Origin: Nemertoderma westbladi
Lineage: Eukaryota; Animalia; Xenacoelomorpha
DNA: 51,255 nucleotides
Assembly: GCA_032718475.1 (NCBI GenBank)
Contig: JAUCBJ010004628.1
Coordinates: 1-51,255 of the forward strand
Reading direction: 5' to 3'
The notes beneath the pieces were generated by a model. That model saw only the letters and a list, made by a program, of their open reading frames with translations. It made no database searches and had not been told where the DNA came from. The translations under genes and the position numbers were made by a program. The stretch's first letter is position 1; every line of letters begins with the position of its first letter. Below are positions 1 to 13,400 of the stretch, in pieces.

Positions 1-481
1 TGCCCCCTGGCCAATTATTGCCCCCCGGATAATTGCTCCCTGACAATTCCGACAAAATTGTCTACTTTTTTATGTCACCACTTAAATGGCTCTTTTTGCT
101 TATTTATGGGCTCAATAAGTCCGATATTTTACAACATTTCATTACAATAAAAATATAATGTTAACGTACTGAAGCCATGAAATTATGTCACAAAAAATCA
201 AAGAGCGAAATGGTGAAATTGTTCTTGAAAAAATATCTTATTGAAAAATACAAAATTAAAAAAGTAAAATTAAAGCAAAATTGAAGGTTTATATTATGAT
301 TTTGAATTTCAGAAAAAAACCATGACATCATTCAAAGCATAACAAAAGGTTTAAAAATATATGTAAATATATTTTTGTAATAATATAATATAGTATAAAT
401 ATAATTTATATTGTAAATACTGTAGGATATCGGCGGGGACAATTGACTAGGTTGACATTGTCCGTGGGGGAAAAGTACCGT
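1..481. mobile_element. MITE-like element with GC-rich subterminal repeats (left end cut by window)
   Basis: Repeats of (A)ATTGCCCCC/GACAATT at 1-60 are mirrored by GGGGACAATTG/ACATTGTCCGTGGGGG at 434-480 around an AT-rich core; TSD not assessable. Confidence 0.4.
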
Positions 482-953
482 GGTGCTGGTGATAAGTTGA
501 TATATTGTAGGGCCTATATGTTTGTGTTGGGTTATTGCGTCTCTCTGCGTATGGAGAATAACTAACTACCTGTGTAACTGCAGTGCAATATCGACGGATA
601 CACCTTTTTCAAACGCTCGTAGAATGTGTGAATAAAATAATTAAAATGATCTGAAACTATCCCTGTTTCAAATTTCACTTGCGCGGGGGGGGGGGGGGGG
701 GGGGCTAAAGTAGGACAATATATTCCGGAGCATTGTGTAAGAAAATTATAATTTATCGAACCAATAAATAAATGATAGCTACTGTAAGATTTATCAGTTG
801 AATCTTGAAATATTATACAGTCACTTTCCTCCCCGCACCATTTTTATACATAAAATTTTTATTTCCGACATCAAATTTCAGTAGAGTTAATTGATGAGTA
901 AACATTTAACTAAATTCTTATATGTTTATTCTAAAAGCTTTTTGTCCTGTATT

Positions 954-1105
954 CTATATGATGCCTCCTAGATCCAGATCCATACCAAAGTCTGGAATAT
1001 CGAGTATCCAGTCACCATCGGTGCATGTACTGTCATCCTTTACTGTACCGGCAGGGTAGTACCGGTGACCGTACTTACAGCAGACGACACCTCCTGCTTC
1101 ACATC
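954..1105 (-). CDS. Exon 2 (terminal) of a small secreted Cys-containing peptide gene
   Basis: Acceptor ttttttccag| before 1105, phase 1; reads (G)CEAGGVVCCKYGHRYYPAGTVKDDSTCTDGDWILDIPDFGMDLDLGGII*; AATAAA on the - strand at 925-930. Confidence 0.75.
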
Positions 1106-1541
1106 CTGGAAAAAATAAACACAGAAACATTAGCAATCCATACTTTGGGTATATTGAGAATGACAGCGTGCTGAGCCGAAAGGTTTGTTAAACTAACGAT
1201 CGTAGCGAAAGAGGGAAAATAAAGATAAGAGGATCTGAACTTTATAATGTATTTTGTTTTATAGCAGTTTTGCATTTACATGTATATTTGTACCGAAAAA
1301 CCTCTTATGAAACTTTAGGTTTAATAAAATGTTTAATTTTATTGCTAGAAAATTTTATATTTTGAATTGAAAGCTTATCAAAGTTGGAAAATTTTATAGA
1401 CAAAATTCAACAATTTAATATAATTGTTTCAATAATAATTATACGTACTGATTTAATGGTATATATAAACAAAGTCACCCGTCTTATAAAGTGTAACCTT
1501 ATCAGACATGTATATTTTTTATTTTATCATACCAAACTAAC

Positions 1542-1626
1542 CTGCAAGCGATTTATGACCTCGGGAATCTACTGTCGCAATAGATATCACTATGACAACC
1601 AGAAATATATTCACCAATTTGCCCAT
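1542..1626 (-). CDS. Exon 1 of the secreted peptide gene (signal peptide)
   Basis: Kozak ACCATGG at 1626; MGKLVNIFLVVIVISIATVDSRGHKSLA+G, then donor |gttagt at 1541 in phase 1, matching the exon 2 acceptor; 436-nt intron; 78 aa total. Confidence 0.75.
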
Positions 1627-2284
1627 GGTAGATAATTATATGTAGATAATTTACAATAATTTGCAATATAATATAAGCCTAGCTAATAAGTACAAATATA
1701 ATAATGTAACATAATATCACCCAACCGGATATTAATCACCTGTATCTAAATACCTATTACCTGCTATGTATTCTATACCTCTCATAAAGTATTATTCCTG
1801 TGGAAACATAACAAAACATAATTTACTCTCATATTTCAGATAATTTATTCTATATTGTTAGCCAAATTAGGTACTTATAATTTCCAAGTATTGTTAAGCA
1901 GCCGTAGTCTAGAGGAGTAACTGTTAAACTGGAAAGTATATTAATATATAGCGGGCTATAAAGTCCTGGAAGTTTTAGTGCATTAGTGCGGTGAATGAGT
2001 GTTGCATGTCAGTGATGAATCACTGACTGATGTGCCAGTGCTGATGAATCGGTATGAGTGAGTCAGTATTGACTTTGACATGTGAGTCAGTGATGACATA
2101 TTAATCAGTGTGAGCGTTGACACTTATGGGTTGATAATACTAAGTAATCGTGTTAACAAGGTGATTGAATGACTACAGTGAATGTAACGAATGTACTGAA
2201 TGTACTTTAGGTTGATTGGTGTAATTGAGTAGTAATGTATTTGTAGTCAAGTTTATTGTTAGTCGGCCTTCATATGATTATAGT

Positions 2285-2900
2285 CTACTACTACTAGGAT
2301 CGGCATGCTGCATTGCAGCTGCATTTTTAAGAATGCTGTGCCGGCTTATCGACAAAATTGCACCGCCACAACTCCCTATCACCCATGACATTTGCTAGAT
2401 CATCCGCATCTTCAAGGCCAGTGTCCTTTAAGATGCGTCTCAAGAAAGTCATGGGCTGTCCACCATGCTTATTCACTCCATGAGGCTGCCAAAGTACAAG
2501 ATTATGCACTGGCTGGTCCTCACGGCGAAAGCAATGTCCTGCAAAGCGGAGGCGATTTTGTTCTAGTGTCAAGCTTGGGGAACCAATGAGACACCTCCAA
2601 TGTTATATAGTGTCTGGTTGGAGATGTGTGCATTGTACTTGACACAATGAACCAGGCGTAGCATTCTTGTGAATGTGCCATCCAGAGATTTGGTGTCCTC
2701 AGCAGTTAGAGCCCAGCATGGACTCCCATAGAGGAGTACTGGAACTACTGCTGCTCTAAATAATCGGACCTTAAGTTTCCGATTATTTCTCGGTGACTTC
2801 CAAATCCTGGAAAGCCTTTTCAAGGCTGCCCATGCCTTTCCCTTACGTATTCGAAGGTCCTCACCTGACTTCCGGATCCATGATCCCAGGTAACAAAAAT
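2285..2900 (-). mobile_element. RTE-clade LINE, 5'-truncated 3' fragment
   Basis: Frameshifted ORFs with YLGSWI, LKVRLFRAAVVPVLLYGSPCW, RLRFAGHCFRRE..LVLWQP..DRELWR (RTE ORF C-terminus); (TAG)n microsatellite tail at ~2285-2297. Confidence 0.85.
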
Positions 2901-4239
2901 GATTATAGTCAAATTGGCGTGAATCAACTTATGTATAGTATATAATCGTAAAGTTATCGGTGAACGTGAAATACTGAAATACGAAACCCGAAGGTTCCTC
3001 TCACGTGGCAGTTACCTCTAATTCTGGACTAAGGCTGGAAGGCGCCATATTAACTCCCAAGGGTATCCAAACCTACTAGGTTCATATATCCTAGAAAATA
3101 AAGATCACCTCTTACTTTCTAGAATATGTACCAGAATCCCCTTAAGTCAGCGTGTCGTTACATTCTAAGGTTCATATTTCGCTGGGTTTTGTCACCTGTT
3201 GCGAAATAGAATACGAGTATCCACGTATGTGTGGATAATCGTACGACTCTCTCTTGATTTTCTTCACCAACAGCACAACTCCACTTTCAGTTCCCATTGT
3301 AGGACAATTCGTAGTCAAACTTTCACTTACTGCATGTCAAAAGTGGTTGTTTTTTTCTCAAAAGTCCCAGACAATTTAGTTTGAGTGGTGGAATTGAATT
3401 GAACTTTTTAATCTATGTCAATAAAAATGAGATGGTCAGAAAGAAAGAAAAATTTGAAACATAAATATAAATTTTCATTGATTGCACAAACTACATACTA
3501 CTAAATTCTGGCACTACATAACAATCAACTAATAATTCAGGTATCACCGCCTAGTTATAAAGTTTACCACCATAAATATAAACTCGACATCCTTAATATA
3601 AAGTTGGACAAAACATCCCACCTATGTTAGAACTAGCGGAGTGAGGTAATGTTTAAAGTTTTGAAAACATAGTTTTTATTTACGTACTTGGTGTAGATTT
3701 TACTTATTTTAAGCTTTTCTTTATGAATATACAGTAAGATCATGCCATGTGGTGGTTGTAAGATCAAAGAGTAGCCGATAGAAATTAATTAATATCAGAC
3801 ATATTACGAGGAAGTTGTTTACTGCCCCCATTCAGTTGATCTATCTCATATAAGTTTAGTGCGTAGGCTGCGAATCGCACCTGGTGTCTCTTACTAGTTC
3901 AATATCAACAAGTTGTTTGAACTCGACTAAGTCAGTGAGAGGATTAGACCTCATTTAGAGAAACTACTGCTTAAAGAGACAAAATGGATTGAAATCAAAT
4001 ATATTATCAAGATCTCAGATACTAAATAGTGATATGGAGATTGGTGGAAGGAATTAAATCAAAGAACATTCCTGCAGTTCTGCTTCTGACCTTTGCTTTG
4101 TGGACTTCAAGAACTCCTTCGAATCCATCACTAGAGATGTAAAATGCTGGAACTCCTAAGGGCTTATACCGATGAAATCGTGGCTGGAATTGGATTTTTA
4201 TATTGTCACACACAGAGGCTCACGTAATTTCTTCGCCAG

Positions 4240-4560
4240 ATAGTGAAAGTTTAGTTTTGACTGTCCATATTGTACTTTTATGAGGGGGTTAGACCTGGAC
4301 AGTGGCGAAATCACATGAACAACGAATCGATAATATACAAAGAATACTAAGGGCTGCCTCAAACATGAATTGGAGACAACACATAACTTTTCTGGCAACC
4401 AACACAAGGAAAGCGTAGTCGTGGACGACCGACTATGACATATATAGACCAACTTGAAAAATATACTGGACTTTAGAGAATTGAAATTGCGACAACTATG
4501 GAGAATCGGGAAGCCTGGAAGGACTTATCTCCACTATTCGATGAGGATCCATCAAAATCA
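4240..4560 (+). mobile_element. Degraded RTE LINE 3' fragment
   Basis: Broken translation gives ..FWQPTQG..SRGRPTMTYIDQLEKYTGL..IATTMENREAWK, typical of the RTE C-terminus. Confidence 0.6.
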
Positions 4561-5727
4561 GTCAAATTCTTTGCTCAAATTTGTTTAAAATTACTTAAAA
4601 CTATCACTATTGCTGCAGGACAGCAGTGACTGTGACTGTAGAATTCGCATGCTGAATCATTTTTACAACTTTTATACAAAGAGCAGTGGAAATGCAATGT
4701 GGCGCCCTACATTCTTACCACCGAGACATTCATTCTTTAATGATCGAGATGTGGCAACAGGGTAGACTAACGCGACGGGACTATCTGTCGATTCATGTAG
4801 AAAACCCAAACCGATCAATATTCATTACGTATCGATATTTCCCAAACAACGAAAGGTGTTACTGAATATCGTAAGGTCTCCCACGCAAGGTGTTACTGAA
4901 TATCGTAAGGTCTCTAGCGCTCAATAAAATTAAGTTAATCGTAACAGATTGTAGAGTCTAGAGTGAATACTCAACATGGCGTGATGTATGGCGTGATCAT
5001 GTATGGATGTAGGCCATGAGGCGAGGGTGTAGTGCAATGTATGATGTGTTGTATGAAGGTTTGTAGGAGAGTTTAAATTGTTCATATTAGATATTGAAGT
5101 GAAATGCAAAATGCAATAACCACTACATATTGTTTGTACTATTAGGTAGATCAGCTCAGCTCTCGGGGCAAATACCACACCCTGGTTTGCCATTCCACAG
5201 GGTGGGTGTCGCAATGGAGTCAGATATGAGGCCCATCACCCATATCTACTCTGGCGTACATGACCCACCATTGGCTGTTGCAGCTCATCCGCTGGGTCAT
5301 GCCCTGTACCCTTGCTGCCAGGTGCAGGTCGCAGTGAAGTGCCCTCAGAGTGGACACATGAGAACACTCTACTCCTAACCAGCCATTGGTAGATCACCAT
5401 CTGCCTGGTCAGGCCATATACCCCTGCAGCCAAGTATATGGGTCCTTAATCCAGGACCAAGGGCGTCCTTATCCCAGAACGAAGGGGGTCCTAGTTACAG
5501 GACCAGATTTGCCCTAGTAAGAGGGTCTATGCAGCTACAGGTGGCACCTCCTTTATGCTGCATGGAGGTGGCAAGTTTTCTTGATCAATGACCTAGAATA
5601 CCTGACCTGACTGATTAGGTAGATAGCGGGGATTGCTATTCATGTAACCATGGAATCTAGCAATCGACCTATTGCGAGATTATATTATGTATATATATAT
5701 AATAATATGTGTATTACACATATTAAG

Positions 5728-6778
5728 AACGATGTGCCGGCTTGTCGACTAAATTGTGCCGCCACAATTACCTATCACCCATGGCATTTGTTAGATCATT
5801 CGCATCTTCAAGCCATGTCCGTTAAGATGCGTCTCAAGTAAGTCATGGGCTATTCATCATGCTTATTCACTCCATGAGGACGCCAAAGCACAAGATTATG
5901 CACTGGCTGGTGCTCACGGCGAAAGTGATGTCCTGCAAAGCGGAGGCGGTTCCGTTCAAGTGCCAAGCTAGAGGAGACTAATGAAACACCTCCAATGGTG
6001 TATAAAGTCTGATTGGAGATGCGCTCATCTCCAATCAGACGCAATCTACATTGTACCTGACACATTAATCCGGCGCAACATTCCTGAGAAAGTGCCATCC
6101 AGAGATTTGATATCCACTGCAGTTAGAGCCAAGCATGGACTCCCATATAAGAGTACTACTGCCATAAATAATCAAACCTTGACATTCCGTTTTATTATAT
6201 GGGACATTCAAATCCTGGACAGACTATTTAACCAGCCCATGTCTTCACCTTACGTATCCGAAGATCTTCACCTGACTTTCGGATCCATGATCCCAAGTAG
6301 CAGAAGTCATCTACGTGCTCAAGCAAGCCATACCTGGAGCTTATGCCTTTACGATCAGATATTTGCTGAGGGGTGTCAAGGTTTACTGTCATAATTTTGG
6401 TCTTCTTGGAGTTTACAAAATGACCAACACTAGAAGCAACCTGCTCCAATGAGCAGAGGAGCCTTTGGGCTCCCTCTAATGATTCTGACAGTACGCCTAA
6501 GTCATCAGCAAAGTCTAGATCAGTAAAGTAAGGTACTTTGCTGGAACCCCATCACCCCATCTTTATTAAGATGGTCTAAGGACATGCGTATTGCGTAGAA
6601 CATAATCAACCACAATTACGAATAAGAATGGTGCACTTGTGTCACCCTGAAGGACTCCCCCTCCTAAGACTTCGAATTCATCTGTGTCACTATCAGCAGT
6701 ACACACAAGTGTGGTGGAAACATCGTACAGTGATCTGAAAGCTGCAATAATTTCCTCAGGAATCCCATAAGTTGTAAT
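5728..6778 (-). mobile_element. RTE-clade LINE fragment (RT to 3' end), same family as 2285-2900
   Basis: GVLQGDTSAPFLFVIVVDYVLR, DLDFADDLG (6496-6523), YLGSWIRKSGEDLRIRK, RLRFAGHHFRRE; clear nucleotide similarity to 2330-2900; many frameshifts. Confidence 0.85.
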
Positions 6779-7125
6779 AATAATTCTCCGAAATTGCATT
6801 TGTGCCCCCCCCCCCCCCCTCCCCCTCCTACTCAACGGTCCATAGTCTGATGTACCTGTCTGTTGCAAAACTAATATTTTAGCAGAATGAAGAGTGAGTT
6901 AACTATTAACTGTAGGTCTCAATGAACGCCTGAGATACAATTATACAATTACAATTATTTCCCCAAGTCACGATAGGATGTTAGTTGACTAACAGTCGAA
7001 GGTTGTAGTTATGCGACGTATTTCACATTTAATCTCTCAAAATTCTGGTAAGGTAAACAAAGGAAAACTGCATTATAGTAGTTATACTGTAAATTAAATT
7101 CTTATTAAATTGTCTTATTTGGTCT

Positions 7126-7139
7126 GTCGCTATGGTAAC
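7126..7139. promoter_or_regulatory. RFX X-box motif, candidate promoter of the + strand gene ending at 19370
   Basis: GTCGCTATGGTAAC fits the X-box consensus GTYNCYATRGNAAC; lies outside recognisable repeats, ~2 kb upstream of the first securely linked exon. Confidence 0.4.
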
Positions 7140-8598
7140 GTGGACTGTAAATATCACCCGAATGTGTACAATATGACGGGAAGTATCACAATGCTACTCT
7201 ACTTAGCTGTAGTGATATTTTTAAATAATAACAAATATGGGAGCAAATAGTTGAGTAAAGGTACACGAATTCTCCACCTAAACTTAATATTTTGATACAA
7301 AATTACTCGGGTCCAAACATGGGCCTGTGTCTGCGACATTGGACTCTATTTGATTTTATATTGCCCTTGGCGTGTTCCCAATATGTTATTTAAGTTGTGT
7401 TATGGGTTTTTTAATAATTAAAACTGTTTGTTGATTTTCTCAGGAAAATGGTGAGAATGGTGAGACAAACAATTAATAAATTAAATTTATAAATCTGTTG
7501 CTAAGGCGGTTACTAGGGCCGGTTTGGCGGACTGGAAGAGAATTTCGGAAATTTTCTTCTTTACCAAAGTGTTTATAACAGTTTCAGCATTGATGGTTTA
7601 CAACATTGATGCATTTTGATTGACTTTCAATTTATACACTGGTTATGAGACGAGATTCACTAACATTTACCATGAACTTGTATCCTAAATTTGAAAAAAA
7701 AAAACATTTTTGAGCAAAAAACTTTGAAGCCCAAAAAAAGGCATTGAATCAAAAATGCAGAGGTGGCATTTTGCCTAGCTGGATTCGCCATGTCTTGAAG
7801 TACAAAAATCAGGTGGATGCCAACCATTAACAAAAAATGCCATCTAAACTTCATTTTCGGGAGTTGGCAGGTAGACTATAAGTATGCTGAACATACGTGG
7901 TCGGGAGACTACGTCGAAGGCTAAGAGCCAGTTGTCTGTCTTTCTTTATTGATAGCTCTACGATAATCATTCTAAGTGTGATAATAGTCTCCATGGTTCT
8001 ACGACCATTACGGATCCCATTTTGGTTCCCACGGTATATCTTTGCAGCATTCGAGATTGACGAGATACCACGAAAAGATCCATGAGTTGTTAGGTTGCGC
8101 TTCTTTGCTTTGGGGCAGGGACCAACTTATTTGTTTTCATGTCTTGATGGTCTCTCTTTATCCTATACATGCCAGTGTCCTTCTTTTCGTTGAGTGAAGT
8201 CAGCTATATCCAAATATGATTTAGTATATTGGTTTTGGCAATATTTAAGAGCGTGGAGAATACTTCAGTGTTAATTGTAGTTGATTTACAGTTAGGAAAG
8301 TTATTGTTTCCAACATTATTCTTCACTATGCGAAGAGTGAAGAATATGTTGCGGTTACAAGAACATTTAACACGCAAATAACATTATTGTCACATTATTG
8401 TCATATATGGCCATTTATATGGTCTATATCGTATCAGTGCGTACTTTATGCACGTATGTCCTTTGTGATTTATAGCAACTTTACCATCATTAATCAACAC
8501 CGATACTCTTCTGTTAAACATTCCCGACCACATGCCTACACCGGAAACCTCTATAGCAGGGAGGGTGTTCGACCCTCCTTGAGGTAGGTGAACTGTTA

Positions 8599-8771
8599 AG
8601 CCAGGTTCACAGATACACTTCGTTGAGAAATCGCGGTGACCTGAAATCACATTGCTGGTCAATTACAGCGTTTTAGTTTTTGGTTACAGCGCTGTCGAAG
8701 TGCAATTCGAAATAGAACGCAAAACTACCTCGCTGTCACTGTCACCGCGAAGGGTTTCTGTGAAACGGGCC
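8599..8771. mobile_element. PIF/Harbinger-type (Tourist-like) MITE, 173 bp
   Basis: Imperfect TIRs AGCCAGGTTCACAGA / TCTGTGAAACGGGCC, inner CGCGGTGAC/GTCACCGCG inverted repeat, TTA on both sides (8596-8598, 8772-8774). Confidence 0.65.
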
Positions 8772-9295
8772 TTAGTGTTCATTTACTTATGTGAAACTGC
8801 CCCGACAGTTGCACTACGGAAGATATTGTCTGAAGGAAGTGACTAACACAAGACAATATAGTCTTAGTGAAGTAACCACGCACAATCTGCGTCAAAATAT
8901 GAATATTTAAGGACTGAGCCCTTAGACCTAAATTTGATCAAGTCTTTATCCTTCTCTCTACCCTCAACATTCCATAGTAAAATACGTTCGTACGCAGAAA
9001 GTGAAGATATATACTCATCTTCTCTTCGGTTTTACAATTTTCAAAAGTTTACAATTGAACCGCGATCCAAATATAAAGTTAAAGATTTCCAGTTTTTTTT
9101 GTTGTCCTTAATTTGATGCTGTGGGGGTTGGGTTGCCTACGCTGCATGAGGTTAAATATTCAACTGAGCGCAGGTTTAATTTAGAAACCCAAATATTTGT
9201 GTGGAGGTGTCCGATCCTATACATAATGCCACCAACAGATTAACCAAGGGGGAATTATTCTATGATAACTACGAGTTTCCTGTCTTCTTCTTTAG

Positions 9296-9386
9296 ACTTA
9301 GAATCATCCCACGACATAAGGACACTGGAGACGGCAACCTCATCTAGCGAAGGTCAACTGCAAACCAATAACCCTTGCGGTACAAG
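9296..9386 (+). CDS. Internal exon A of an uncharacterised spliced gene
   Basis: tcttcttctttag| ... |gtgagt; phase 1 to 2, open: LESSHDIRTLETATSSSEGQLQTNNPCGT; phase matches exon B. Upstream exons unresolved. Confidence 0.55.
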
Positions 9387-9835
9387 GTGAGTTGATATAC
9401 CAGTAACTTATGTTTGCAGTACAGGATGAGTACCCTATCCTACACAAAATAACATCAGATTGTTCACTTTTGTTTGTATATTTTTTTCTTTATTTGTGTG
9501 TGTGTGGGGGGTGGGGGGGGGTTCATTGCTGAGTACCACAAGACATGCGTTGAATATCCGGTATAACCTGAAACGATTGGCAAACAGGCGTCCACATTAT
9601 TTTGATCTTAGATGCTTCGATTTTAATTAGTTCCTCCGTACAACACATATGGAGATATCATAGATTTTTACTCCACCTAACCATTTAGGCCAGCCCCACC
9701 CTTCGCTACTTTTGTATCAGAAACTTGTTTCGCAACATGTTCCAGGTCACTTCCATCTGTTTTTTGTTATGGCTTTACCGTGTGAGGCGTGCCTTATAGC
9801 TGTATTCACACGATTTGTTGCTCTCACATTTATAG

Positions 9836-10024
9836 GTTGACCACCGCTAAGGATAACGAAGATTCGTTGAAGCTTTTGGAGTCGATGAAGGAGAGTTTGG
9901 GATTATTCGAAGGTTGTACACCGCAACCAGGTCTGGCATTGCCTCCTAATATAGCCACGTTGGCAACACTGCAATATATACTACAGGAGAGAGCGGTTCT
10001 AGTCGCTAAAGGAATGAAATTACT
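9836..10024 (+). CDS. Internal exon B of the same gene
   Basis: ctctcacatttatag| ... |gtaagt; 189 nt, phase 2 to 2: LTTAKDNEDSLKLLESMKESLGLFEGCTPQPGLALPPNIATLATLQYILQERAVLVAKGMKL. Confidence 0.7.
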
Positions 10025-10487
10025 GTAAGTTCAATTCTAAATACTGCAGAATTCAGCAGATGTGATATATACTTTAGCTAATTCAAACCCGGTCAATTCA
10101 AACCATACAATCACTGTTCATCACACTTTTCACTAAAGCCCTAACTAACTAACACTAACAAAGAAAGTAGGTAGTAATTAAACATTAAACAGTATAAAGC
10201 TCACAATCACCAAGGCCAACAAATTTTTTTAGTCCTTAACAGACCGGACCATCCCCCCGCCCTCCCAAAAATAATGTGTTCTAGAAATCTTAAGGACTAT
10301 CTCTGTTTCAAATTTCATGCCAACCATTTGAAACAGATATAGTTTCACCTCCCACCACTTTAGTGGTTGAGCCAGAATTTTGTTTTTCATTTCATTGTTT
10401 AGCTACAAGCGTTTAGAAAAGGTGTCTCCGTTGATATTGCACCAGTCGTACTGCAGTTATTCTTCAACCTTATAGTGATTTTACTGG

Positions 10488-13400
10488 GAGTTCTGGGACC
10501 TTATGGTGCACGTTTAGACGGAGTTCTGGCAGCCTGGGGGACACGTTTAGACGGAGTTCTAGCACCCTGGGGGGCACGTTTAGACGGAGTTCTGGCAGCC
10601 TGGGGGACACGTTTAGACGGAGTTCTGGCACCCTGGGGGCACGTTTAGACGGAGTTCTGGCACCCTGGGGGGCACGTTTAGACGGAGTTCTGACACCTTA
10701 GGGTGCACGTTTAGACGGAGTTCTGGCAGCCTGGGGGACACGTTTAGACGGAGTTCTGGCACCCTGGGGGACACGTTAAGACGGAGTTCTTGCACCCTGG
10801 GGGGCACGTTTAGACGGAGTTCTGGCAGCCTGGGGGACACGTTTAGACGGAGTTCTGGCACCCTGGGGGGTACGTTTAGACGGAGTTCTGGTCTGGCACC
10901 CTGGGGGCACGTTTAGACGGAGTTCTGACACCTTAGGGTGCACGTTTAGACGGAGTTCTGGCAGCCTGGGGGACACGTTTAGACGGAGTTCTGGCACCCT
11001 GGGGGCACGTTTAGACGGAGTTCTGGCACCCTGGGGGGCACGTTTAGACGGAGTTCTGACACCTTAGGGTGCACGTTTAGACGGAGTTCTGGCAGCCTGG
11101 GGGACACGTTTAGACGGAGTTCTGGCACCCTGGGGGACACGTTAAGACGGAGTTCTTGCACCCTGGGGGGCACGTTTAGACGGAGTTCTGGCAGCCTGGG
11201 GGACACGTTTAGACGGAGTTCTGGCACCCTGGGGGGTACGTTTAGACGGAGTTCTGGTCTGGCACCCTGGGGGCACGTTTAGACGGAGTTCTGACACCTT
11301 AGGGTGCACGTTTAGACGGAGTTCTGGCAGCCTGGGGGACACGTTTAGACGGAGTTCTGGCACCCTGGGGGCACGTTTAGACGGAGTTCTGGCACCCTGG
11401 GGGGCACGTTTAGACGGAGTTCTGACACCTTAGGGTGCACGTTTAGACGGAGTTCTGGCAGCCTGGGGGACACGTTTAGACGGAGTTCTGGCACCCTGGG
11501 GGACACGTTAAGACGGAGTTCTTGCACCCTGGGGGGCACGTTTAGACGGAGTTCTGGCAGCCTGGGGGACACGTTTAGACGGAGTTCTGGCACCCTGGGG
11601 GGTACGTTTAGACGGAGTTCTGGTCTGGCACCCTGGGGGCACGTTTAGACGGAGTTCTGACACCTTAGGGTGCACGTTTAGACGGAGTTCTGGCAGCCTG
11701 GGGGACACGTTTAGCCGGAGTTCTGGCACCCTGGGGGGCACGTATAGACGGAGTTCTGGCACCCTGGGGGGCACGTTTAGACGGAGCGGGGGCACGTTTA
11801 GACGGAGTTCTGGCACCCTGGTGGGCACGTATAGACGGAGTTCTGGCACCCTGGGGAGCTCTTTTAGACTGAGGTCTGGCACCCTGGGGGGCACGTTTAG
11901 ACGGAGTTCTGGTACCCTGGAGACATGTTTAGACGGAGTTCTCGAACCCTGGGGGCACGTTTAGACGGAGTTCTGGCACCCTGGGGGGCACGTTTAGACG
12001 GAGTTCTGACACCTTAGGGTGCACGTTTAGACGGAGTTCTGGCAGCCTGGGGGACACGTTTAGACGGAGTTCTGGCACCCTGGGGGACACGTTAAGACGG
12101 AGTTCTTGCACCCTGGGGGGCACGTTTAGACGGAGTTCTGGCAGCCTGGGGGACACGTTTAGACGGAGTTCTGGCACCCTGGGGGGTACGTTTAGACGGA
12201 GTTCTGGTCTGGCACCCTGGGGGGCACGTTTAGACGGAGTTCTGGCAGCCTGGGGGACACGTTTAGACGGAGTTCTGGCACCCTGGGGGCACGTTTAGAC
12301 GGAGTTCTGGCACCCTGGGGGGCACGTTTAGATGGAGTTCTGACACCTTAGGGTGCACGTTTAGACGGAGTTCTGGCAGTCTGGGGGACACGTTTAGACG
12401 GAGTTCTGGCACCCTGGGGGACACGTTAAGACGGAGTTCTTGCACCCTGGGGGGCACGTTTAGACGGAGTTCTGGCAGCCTGGGGGACACGTTTAGACGG
12501 AGTTCTGGCACCCTGGGGGGTACGTTTAGACGGAGTTCTGGTCTGGCACCCTGGGGGCACGTTTAGACGGAGTTCTGACACCTTAGGGTGCACGTTTAGA
12601 CGGAGTTCTGGCAGCCTGGGGGACACGTTTAGACGGAGTTCTGGCACCCTGGGGGGCACGTATAGACGGAGTTCTGGCACCCTGGGGGGCACGTTTAGAC
12701 GGAGCGGGGGCACGTTTAGACGGAGTTCTGGCACCCTGGTGGGCACGTATAGACGGAGTTCTGGCACCCTGGGGAGCTCTTTTAGACTGAGGTCTGGCAC
12801 CCTGGGGGGCACGTTTAGACGGAGTTCTGGTACCCTGGAGACATGTTTAGACGGAGTTCTCGAACCCTGGGGGCACGTTTAGACGGAGTTCTGGCACCCC
12901 GGGGGCACGTTTAGACGGAGTTCTGGCACCCTGGGGACACGTTTAGACGGAGTTCTGGCACCCTGGGGGGCACGTATAGACGGAGTTCTGGCACCCTGGG
13001 GGGCACGTTTAGACGGAGCGGGGGCACGTTTAGACGGAGTTCTGGGGGCACGTTTAGACGGAGTTCTGGCACCTGGCACCCTGGGGGGCACGTTTAGACG
13101 GAGTTCTGGTACCCTGGAGACATGTTTAGACGGAGTTCTCGAACCCTGGGGGCACGTTTAGACGGAGTTCTGGCACCTTGGGGGACACGTTTAGACGGAG
13201 TTCTGTCACCTTGTGGGGCACGTTTAGACGGAGTTCTGGCACCATGGGGGGCACGTTTAGACGGAGTTCTGGCACCCTGGGGGGCACGTTTAGACGGAGT
13301 TCTAGCACCTTGTGGGGCACGTTTAGACTGAGTTCTGGCACCATGGGGGGCACGTTTAGACGGAGTTCTGGCACCCTGGGGGGCACGTTTAGACGGAGTT

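Noticed and set aside
575-680. Sequence shared with ~10290-10445 (inverted) and ~27855-27970
   Set aside because: An ordinary dispersed repeat fragment; termini and TSDs could not be defined, so it was not annotated further.
954-1136. 60-aa single-exon ORF as given in the track
   Set aside because: Its first ten codons are the intron's polypyrimidine tract; the coherent model splices to the signal-peptide exon at 1542-1626.
5470-5580. HDV-like ribozyme on the - strand
   Set aside because: P1- and P4-like helices can be drawn, but P2 and P1.1 could not be formed convincingly.
8390-8846. ORFs 8390-8662 (-) and 8652-8846 (+)
   Set aside because: They overlap a TTA-flanked MITE and show no recognisable protein features.
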